Positions 1 to 8,700 of a stretch of DNA of 41,952 nt are shown here, in pieces. The translations under genes and the position numbers were made by a program. Location of the stretch: assembly GCA_030167865.1 (NCBI GenBank), contig JALAGF010005177.1, positions 1 through 41,952 on the forward strand, given 5' to 3'. The notes under the pieces are model-generated. The model made no database searches. It was not told where the DNA came from and worked only from the letters and a program-made list of their open reading frames with translations. How positions within the stretch are numbered: the first letter of the stretch is position 1; the number at the start of each line of letters is the position of its first letter. The stretch comes from Craspedostauros australis (lineage: Eukaryota).

Positions 1-87
1 TTTCGTTGGGAGACCAGGCGCACTTACCTGGTTTAATCAATTTCCCAACTTGTCAACTTGGATCACGAGTATAAAACACTGCGAATT

Positions 88-383
88 AAATAGCCGCCAT
101 TCGACTCAAATAGCCGTCACTCGATTCAAATAGCCGCGACTAGACTTAAATAGCCGTCATTTGATTTAAATAGCCGTCATTCGATTCAAATAGCCGCGAC
201 TCGACTTAAATAGCCGTCATTAGATTNNNNNNNNNNNNNNNNNNNNNNNNNNNNNNNNNNNNNNNNNNNNNNNNNNTCGATTCAAATAGCCGCGACTCGA
301 CTTAAATAGCCGTCATTAGATTTAAATAGCCGTCACTCGATTCAAATAGCCGTCATTAGATTTAAATAGCCGTCATTCGAATT
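88..383. repeat. Degenerate 20-bp tandem repeat (minisatellite), consensus AAATAGCCGYSAYTHGAYTY, at least 12 units, interrupted by an assembly gap
   Basis: The AAATAGCCG core starts at 88,108,128,148,168,188,208 and, after the gap, at 284,304,324,344,364, an exact 20-nt period. Confidence 0.97.
227..276. other. Assembly gap (50 N)
   Basis: Run of 50 N inside the tandem array. Confidence 1.
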
Positions 384-1037
384 ATTTAGAATGTCGAACT
401 GTATGGTTTCTTAACTGACGGGACTCGATCAAGCCGGCGAGCTGCATCGATGCCTCGCTGTATTTATCCGAAGTAGGACCGACAGGATGCCTCCATAAGT
501 TCTTCGAAGGAAGACTTGTTCTTCATCGATGTCAAAACGTCGCATGTGGCTTTCTCGTGTCTGGGTGACAAAATTGTTCTTGGGTGTCGAATTAGTCGTA
601 CTAGTCGATTTTCGTTTCCGTTGCTTTTTGCCGGGTGTCCCAGTGACAGAATCTTGGCCGATTCAGATTCTCTTGTGTCTTTCTGCATCTCTCTCTCTGT
701 TGTGTTCGTTTTGTTGACGATGTCGCCTGTGTTGACGTCCTGTTGCTGTTGCTCCGGATGTTGATGTTTTGATGGGGAAGACACATTGACGATGGGATTT
801 ATGGCGTGTACGAGTATGGTGCGACCTGTGGTACGGAACAAGAACGAGAATCGAAGCGATCATAACCCCAGACCAAAGAGTGAGAAAGAGACAACTGCAG
901 CAAGAAGAGAACGTTGGGCAACCACGAGGCAACCACAGGGCATCGACGAGAATCGAAAAGAGAGCAAAGGCAGAACACAAGCAGGGCGAACAGTCGCAAC
1001 CGCAGTGCGCACAATCTCACAACCAAATCCGGTCATC

Positions 1038-3339
1038 ATGAAGAGGAGAAAGTCAGCAGAGACGTCCGTCACGATGAACACCGATTCCTTTCAGCAACAG
1101 CAACAGCCACAGCAGCAAAGGCGGAAGCGCAGCAGCAACGGCAAGCGACGATGCCGCAAGACACGATGCTCTTGCGGATGGATCGTGTTCCTGTTGGCCA
1201 TGGTCGGTTCCGCACCGAACGGCGGCGACAACCGTGGCAACAACTTCGACTTGGGCAATACAGGTGGAATCAGGCTCAACCTCAATCAGCTGGCCTGGTT
1301 GCCAAAGGCCGATGCCCTCGTCCATTCACCGCTCTTCTCGGTGCGCCCGTCTCCGCTGCTGTCGGTCACAACCGAGACGCTGAAGCGGTTGTCCAAACTG
1401 AGAAATGCCACCGCTGTGGCCGCCAAAGCGCAGAATCTGTTGGAGAAGGACAAGCATGGCAGTTCGGGCAGCAAAGGATCCAAGAAGGACAAGCAACAGA
1501 GCGGCAGCGGTCAGCGATCGCACATCCTGCAGATACAGCTCCCGGCGCGCTTCAGCCGTGCCTCGTCGGAGGAGGAGGTCGCGACCACCAACGAGGCATC
1601 CGATGATGACACCGGGACGTGGTTGCAGTGGATGAGGCGCGGGCAGCGTCCGAGAGGAGCCGAAGAAATCAAAATGAGGGAGGCTGCTGAATTGGGAGGT
1701 CTGCCAAGATCGGATAGGTATTCGTCGAGGCAAGTTCAAACTTGGCGTGTTGTTGTGCGGGGTCGATCCTTGTTTGGTCGTATGTAGTTCTGAGCGGATT
1801 ATTGTACTGCCCTTGTGTGGACGATGGATGCTGATGAGGCTTGAGGATCGCGTTTCATCAACAATCAAACAATCAATCGTCCATCGCTCACATAACATGC
1901 TTGCACGACCTTCCCAATTCGCGGACCACAGAGACTGGCTTCACAACACCGTGACGCTCCCCAATTCCAAAATATTGCACGAGATTGGCGGTCCCTGCGT
2001 GGCGGTCACGTCATGGGCCACGGTGCTGTCCATTGTGTACAAACGGTTGCTCGTCACCAACCCGCTCATGGCATCCAAACTGGCGCTGCCGTCCACGCCA
2101 CACTCTCTCACGGTTTCGGCGCTGTCGCTGCTGCTGGTCTTCAAAACGAACTCTGCCTACCAGAGATTTGCGGAAGGTCGCAAGATCTGGGAGGGCATCA
2201 TCAACACGTCGCGCGATCTGTACCGCCTCTGCATCCTCTATGAAGCAGAGATCGGCAAGGCCAAGCGCCGGCGACTGCAGAAATTGCTGGCCGCCTTCCC
2301 TTACCTTCTGCGCCATCGCATCCGACCCAACCTGGTCATGTACCGGCTGGACGACGAGCGCAACGTCCGCGATCCAGGCAACTCGATCCTCCTCTACCAG
2401 GATCACGCCGCTAACGATCTGGATCCAGAGCTCGCCGCCGTTGCCGAACAGGAGGAGAACGAAGGCAGCTCGCGACGTCGCAAGCGCGCCCTGTTCTGGG
2501 TGGACAAACGCACGCTGCCATGGAGGCTGCTGCCGCCCGATGCACTGGAACAATGCGCCAGCGCGCAGAATCGCCCGTTGTGGGTATGCGATCGCATGGG
2601 GCAGGAGCTGCGACAGGTGCCGGACGGACCCAACTTCCAAGCCAGGGAGCGGCTGACGTTCATCGCCAAGGTGGAGAAGCTGTCCGGTTGCATCGGCGCC
2701 TGCGAACGCATCCATCAGACAGCCGTGCCATTGAATTACGCGCGTCATTCCTTGCGGGCGCTGACCCTGTGGTTGTTCACGCTTCCCTTCAGCCTCGTGA
2801 GCTCCCTGCAGTTGTGCACCGGTCCCGTTCTGTTTCTCATTTCGTGGCTGATGTTCGGGGTGTACCAGATCGGTTACAGCATTGAAGATCCATTCCAGGG
2901 CACGCTGCGTTTGTCCGTGCTGTGCGACACCATCCGACGCGATGTTCTGGCTGATGAAGTGGTTCGCAACACGGCATTTGCGCTTAATAAACCAAAGGAT
3001 CCTTCCAGCAGCGAAAAGGATCTTGATGATGGCACCACCACTGTTCCCACCAAACAACCAGAACACGTCGTCGAGGATGTGGATAACGATGCTGAGTTTG
3101 ATGAAATCCAGGTAACACCGCAGAAGAAGGCACCCGTCGCTTCGAAGAATGGTGCAGTTGAAGCCGCTCCATCAGCGCAGCAAGGAGCAGCAGCAGCAGC
3201 AGCGAATGCATCACCAAAGTTGTCAACAACGGGATCGGCACAACCACCGTCTCATATTCCAAGCAGCGCGCAACTTCATTCAAGTGAAACATCGCATGGC
3301 CAAAACATAAAGAGGAACAGCCGGCTTGATTTGCAGTGA
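1038..3339 (+). CDS. Bestrophin-like (UPF0187/Bestrophin_2) anion channel; exons ~1038-1729 and 1932-3339; start codon uncertain
   Basis: Motifs LLLVFKTNSAYQRFAEGRKIW, CERIHQTAVPLNYARH and IEDPF. Splicing joins ...ELGGLPRSDRYSS-R-DWLHNTVTLPNS in frame. Confidence 0.88.
1730..1931 (+). other. GC-AG spliceosomal intron (202 bp) in the bestrophin gene
   Basis: Donor AG|GCAAGT at 1730, acceptor CACAG| at 1931. The phase-2 join gives AGA (Arg) and links ORF frames 786 and 1747. Confidence 0.75.
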
Positions 3340-3965
3340 TGCGATGCGATGTGATGCAATGGCGGGATATCTGTTGTGGCGAGCTTATTAGTACCGACGC
3401 CACATGATGGTCGACTAGAGGAGGATTACGAAGGAAGGTGGCGTGGAGGCAGACTGACAGGGCAAGGGTGCATGCGGGATGGATGATTGACCGGACAGCA
3501 GGTCTTTGCCTCTCTCTACAAAGAGCTTCATCTCATACAATAGTAGCAGGTTCCTCTCATGTTTCTATTCGAACTCATAGCCATCATGCATGTGTCATTG
3601 CTCGTGCCTCGCAGAAGACTCTTGGTGTGCATTAGTCATGTTCGTTGAACGGCGACGTTTCTTCAATCACAGAGGCAACGAAGAGCATCGCAAAACCAAC
3701 CAAATCTCCAACAGGGTGCTGTTGTTGCTTGTTGCTTGTGTTCCACATCGATCATCCAAACAGACTACTCGTATGCGCCAACCGAAGACAGGACAGAATA
3801 CAACAGAACGTCATCGCGAACAACAGATGAAGCATTCTTGATCAGCCAACAGAACGTATTCTGGACACGTACCAACATACGCACATTCATTCATAGCATT
3901 CTATTATATGATATAATAGTATAATATAATACATAGTATTATAGTAATAACACTGCAAGACAACC

Positions 3966-5663
3966 ATGGAGATACGGGCCAAGAACGAAGAGACGCGAAG
4001 GATCTTGGTTGCCGCTGCGGATGGCGACATCGGAGCTCTCGAAACCGCGACGTTGGGCGATGATGCCAAGCTGCGCAGCGCACGCTGCAACTCTGGCTGC
4101 ACGGCCTTGCACTGGGCAGCAGGCACGAACCACGTGGAGATGGTGCGACATCTCGTCATGGATCGCCAGATGGATGTCAACATCGAGGCCTCGAAGAAGA
4201 GCCGAGGACGCACGCCGTTGCATTACAGCTGCCGCAATGGATGCTTGCAGACGACCGTTTGGTTGCTGCAGAACGGTGGTGCGGACCCAGATCCACGCGC
4301 CAAGCATGGTGTGACGCCATTCCAACTGGCCGTGTGGCAGAATCAGCTGCCGATCTGCAAGTACCTGGTGGAGGAACATCAGGTCGATCCATGTCAGCTC
4401 AACGACTTTGATTGCGGCGCGGTGCACTGGCTTGGGCTATGTCCCCTGTCCAAGGCCAACGTCAAGCCCCAAGCGAGCACCAGCGCAAACGTGCCTCCAT
4501 CTGCCAAGGATGCAAGCAACGAGGACAGGGCCGTCAGCAAAGAGTGTTCAGCTTCTATTGGGGAGGGAGATGGGGGGCTCGCTCCGTCTGCAGATGCGAT
4601 CAGCAATGATGATGGCGGCGATCTGCTGCCATTGGCAAGATGGTTGGACTCCTTTGAGGGCATCGACTTCGCGGCAAGACAAAGGCAGGGACATACGCCC
4701 CTTCACAAGGCAGCATGGGGCGGCCACATCGCCCTGATCCGATACCTCCGAGATCAGCACAACCTCTTTGATGAACATCAGGACGATGCCGGCAATTTCG
4801 CTGCAGATCTGGCGGACATGGCCAACACACCCAGGCACGATGCCGTCGCCAACTACCTTCGTGATGCATGCAGCCTCGATCGGCTTCGCAGCTGCGAGAT
4901 TATGGGCGTGCAGGTCACAGCCACGCATGCGGAGATCCGGACCGCCTATCTCGAGAAGGCGAGGCAGCTGCATCCGGACCGGCAGCCTCAGGATCAAGTC
5001 GGCAGCAGGAGTCACGGCAACGCCGATGACGCAACACAACAAGTAGAGGACACAGGTCATGACGGAGGCGGCAGCCCCAACGAGACGTCATCGAATCAGG
5101 ACGTGGATTTTGATGCGTTGAAACGAGCGTATCATCATTTGGTGGAGGAGGGTGGTCGTGGCAAGCAACGGAATCCGGCCCATTCCATCCATCTGATGCT
5201 GACGCTGAGTGGTCAGAACGCATCCAGCCGCGGAGGTAACATTGCCACCACCAAGCCCACAAAGACGGAAGGTGAAACGACCACGTCAACAGATATCCAC
5301 GCCCATGCCAGTACGGACGCGACTTTATCCAACACTGCGGAAGAGGAGTCCTGCTTCAAGGCCCGTTTGATCGCTGTGCTGCTGGAGTACGGCGAGAAGG
5401 GTTTGGATCTTTCGAACGTCACGAAGAAGTGGCGGCAGCTATGGCCGGATGTCCCGTTCCCGAATTACACCCGCGTGATACCCAAGAAGTCTCGAAAGGT
5501 GGGGTCGTTGTCCGACTTCTTGCTGCGGTCAGCCGGTGACGTTATCGAATTGAAGCACAGCGGCAACGGGACTGTGCGGGTGTTTCCCAAGGGCATTTCG
5601 CAGACGATGGTCTCGGATGCCGCGGCTCAACTGCACAATCAAGCGCAGCAGGCACAGCAGTAG
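3966..5663 (+). CDS. Ankyrin-repeat + DnaJ (J-domain) protein with a probable C-terminal LOTUS/OST-HTH domain, 565 aa
   Basis: ANK motifs GCTALHWAA, GRTPLHYSC, GVTPFQLAV, GHTPLHKAAWGGH. J domain EIRTAYLEKARQLHPD (HPD at 4971-4979) ... FDALKRAY. C-terminal FKARLIAVLLEYGEKGLDLSNV...GSLSDFL pattern. Confidence 0.88.
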   Translation: MEIRAKNEETRRILVAAADGDIGALETATLGDDAKLRSARCNSGCTALHWAAGTNHVEMVRHLVMDRQMDVNIEASKKSRGRTPLHYSCRNGCLQTTVWLLQNGGADPDPRAKHGVTPFQLAVWQNQLPICKYLVEEHQVDPCQLNDFDCGAVHWLGLCPLSKANVKPQASTSANVPPSAKDASNEDRAVSKECSASIGEGDGGLAPSADAISNDDGGDLLPLARWLDSFEGIDFAARQRQGHTPLHKAAWGGHIALIRYLRDQHNLFDEHQDDAGNFAADLADMANTPRHDAVANYLRDACSLDRLRSCEIMGVQVTATHAEIRTAYLEKARQLHPDRQPQDQVGSRSHGNADDATQQVEDTGHDGGGSPNETSSNQDVDFDALKRAYHHLVEEGGRGKQRNPAHSIHLMLTLSGQNASSRGGNIATTKPTKTEGETTTSTDIHAHASTDATLSNTAEEESCFKARLIAVLLEYGEKGLDLSNVTKKWRQLWPDVPFPNYTRVIPKKSRKVGSLSDFLLRSAGDVIELKHSGNGTVRVFPKGISQTMVSDAAAQLHNQAQQAQQ

Positions 5664-5705
5664 AGCATCGCATTCAATACGATGCACACATAGACACATG
5701 TACAG

Positions 5706-5711
5706 AATAAA
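5706..5711 (+). promoter_or_regulatory. Candidate polyadenylation signal AATAAA (similar hexamers at 25975-25980 and 36348-36353 after other + strand genes)
   Basis: AATAAA lies within 50 nt downstream of three + strand stop codons. Its role in this lineage is unverified. Confidence 0.35.
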
Positions 5712-5795
5712 GTTGCAATAGAGTATAATAGTACGATGACTATATCAGGGCTTGGAAAATAAGTTCTCTGCAGCAGCATTCGTAGGCACAGTCAC

Positions 5796-8700
5796 TCAGT
5801 CTGCCATCTCAATGGCCTTTCGCAAATCCGCAACAAGTCGTTCGGCACCGTCACTGTCCCTGCACACCAACCTCCATCGATGCGTTCGTGACAATCTGCT
5901 GAGAGGGTTGATGATGATCGTCATGGCTTTCGGATCAGCATCCGCGGCCTGAACTTCTGCGATCTGCTTCAGCGTGGCTTCATCCACAAGCTTGTACCGT
6001 ACCTTCCCAAACGAGTCAGGATCCGTGGACGAAGCTGCTGCTGCTGCTGCTGCTGCTATCGTGCTCGCAGCTGATCCTTTGCCCTTCTTTGAAACCAAGT
6101 TGTCGCCAGCGTAATCCTCATCTAAGAGGAAGATCTTGCTGTCGGTCACCACGCAGACTCTCCGCACCGTCTGGCGGCCGCCTCGCTTCCATTTCTGTTT
6201 CAGAATCTGATAATGCAAGGCGATGCCCACCACTTCCGGCGCGACGGTCAAGGCGAGGGCCTCCAGCACGTTGCGGTCGTCGTTCTCGATCGGGATGAAG
6301 TCGGCCGGGACGCTCCCGTAGCTCGTGTTGTCGAATTCTTCGGCGTACGCCTTGGCGCAATTCTGCAGGTCCTTCAGGATTGAAATCGCCTCCATCTTGT
6401 TCGAGACAAGCAGAACGTACGTGAATGGATCGGAGCTGCGAAATGAAGCGCTCCGGAAATGTAGCGTCAGTCGCTGGAAGCCAAATCCGATGGTAATCTT
6501 GCTCAGCGTCTCCAACGGATGCCGCGCAACGGCGTGTGGCCACGGTGCGTCGCGGAAGAATGATCCCTTGGGAATCGGACGCGGGAACTTCCTCTTCCTG
6601 TCCTGCTTGGTGGTGACCACGTCGTGATCCAGAACCACATACAGCGCAGACGATGACAGACAGAGAATCACTTTGCGTGCCTCCGCGTATGTCTCAGGGC
6701 CGTCCTTTCCGAAGAGCAGGTCGCCGTGGAAGCCCACTCGCTGCGATTTTCGTTGCAGCAGTCGGCGTTGCGACTGTCGTCCGCAAGGTATGATATTCTC
6801 ACTCCACACTCGCACCAGATTCTCCCGCCTGTCCAGGATGTCCGACATATCTCGGTTGGCGCCACTGTTGTTGCTACTGCTGTTGGTGTTGTTGGCATTC
6901 TCGTTCATACTGCGGACCTCGAGGTACCGACGATCCTCGGGCCAAAGCTGTACGCGCGGGTACTGGAGGAACGTCAGCTGCCAATGCTGTTCTTCATTCA
7001 ACGTGTCGAACATCTCCTGCGTCAAATCCGGTATGGATGCGGGGAAGACGAACGAGCGAAAGTACAGATCTAGATTGGTCGAGACCGGCATGCCGAGACA
7101 ATGGCCAGGGCCATCATACGTGCTGTTGTCTTCGGCCAGCTGGAACTTGTTGAAAGCGAGGAAGTCGTCTCGATTTGCTCCCAGGCTGCTTGGCACCGAG
7201 AAGTCGTCTTGGAACATGATGTCTGGCAACATGGATGTCCGAGTGTAGTCGGATGTTGCAATGGAGGCCATATCGTCGGCTGAATGTTGCGTTGCAGATG
7301 CGCATCCTTGCAGCTGATTGTTCTGCAGGTCGTTGGTCATGTCGTCTGATCCTGACATGGCGATTACCGGCGCATCTCCCAGCAGATCGACTGCGGCGCC
7401 AAATCCTTGGCTGGTTTTATTGGAGAGTCGGAACTTCGGTCCAAGCGGGTTTCGGATTGGATCGATGATCAAGCCTTGAGCTGCTTGTTCGACGAGTGCA
7501 TCCCAGTCCTGACTGAAGATATCATACTCGTGCACCCGGCTTGCTCCGGGATAAAGGCGAACGGATGCTACCTTTCGTTTTGTCACTGGTGGCGGCGGCT
7601 GCGGCTGCTGCTGTTCATCATTGGACTGTGACTCAGACTGTGCTGGGTTTTGGCTTTGGTTACTCTCCATCTTGGTTCCGGCGCTTGGTGTATCTCCATC
7701 AGATGAGGTTCCCCCTTCCACTTCCGTCTCAGCGTGTGCATCCACCTCCTTTGTGTGAGCTGTGTCGACGATGGCCGCACTCTGTTGGTCCGACTTGTCG
7801 ATACTGGTGTGATCAGCTTTCTTTCCTTGTGCGGGGACTTGCTCAGCTTGCTCGCCTTGTTGAACTGACTTCGTTTCCACTGACGTCGCCCCAAAGCGAG
7901 CCGTTTGTTTCTCGCCTCCGTCTCCGTCAGAGTTACTCGCCCCCTCTACTGCAATCTCTGAAGTGCCTGCCGAGTTGTTGGTTTCCAGTGATACTTCGGA
8001 TCTCGACTCAATGGATGGTGCAGCTTGGCCATTTGTGGAGTTTTTCGCCTTCTCAGTATCACCATTCACATCGAGAGCCTTCGACGAATCGGAAGCGCCA
8101 GCACTGGCACCAACGAGGTTGGCATCGTTCGTTTCATTCCCTGGCATTTGTTTGTTGTCCGCGTCACAACATGGGTTGGTGCCGTCTGGACTAATAGCCA
8201 TGTTTGGGGATGGGGTATTCGCAGTATCGTCATGGTCCATTTTGGACTCATCAGCGCCTGCTTCCTCCCCTTGAGAAGCTTTCATTTCCCTTTTCTTCAG
8301 GATGCTTGCAATCACAGCTGGATCCAGATCGAGTGTCTGAAACTTCGTCTGCGTTGGCTCGTCGACGTCATCGACATCAAATGGATTTGTCGATACAGGA
8401 GGCTTTGCCTTGCTATCAATATTATCGTGTCCAAGTTTGTGGAGGGATGGCGGAGCCTGTGTCGGTAGCTTGGTTTCACGCATCGATAGACGCAGGACGT
8501 CCTTGACGGTGAATGAGACTGAGCGTCTTGTCGACAAAATCACTGTTTGCCGGCTCGTGGCCGTCGTGGCATCAGCGTTGTCCTTCTTGCTGCTGTCGTC
8601 GCCGAGCTTCATCGTGTTTGTTTTGTCCGTGTCGTTGTCGGCAGCATTCATCTTCGTGGCATTCTCACCATGCTGCAGCAAGACTGCCCTTGATGACGTA

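Noticed and set aside
22..190. U1 snRNA gene (ACTTACCTGG followed by GATCACGA)
   Set aside because: The spacing and stems do not fit U1, there is no loop II (ATTGCAC) or Sm site, and the sequence runs straight into the tandem repeat.
88..383. CRISPR array
   Set aside because: The constant part is only 9 nt, the 11-nt variable parts are near-identical rather than unique spacers, there are no cas genes, and the context is eukaryotic.
1747..1931. N-terminus of the 530-aa ORF as listed in the track
   Set aside because: It starts at TTG and lies within the inferred GC-AG intron.
1825..1931. Intronic C/D snoRNA (TGATGA box)
   Set aside because: No downstream CTGA D box or terminal stem within the intron.
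2011..3066. 351-aa antisense ORF (likewise 9127-10236, 20899-22011, 22867-24084, 27181-28656, 30778-31839)
   Set aside because: These overlap confident genes on the opposite strand or in another frame, have no motifs, and are expected shadows of GC3-rich codon usage.
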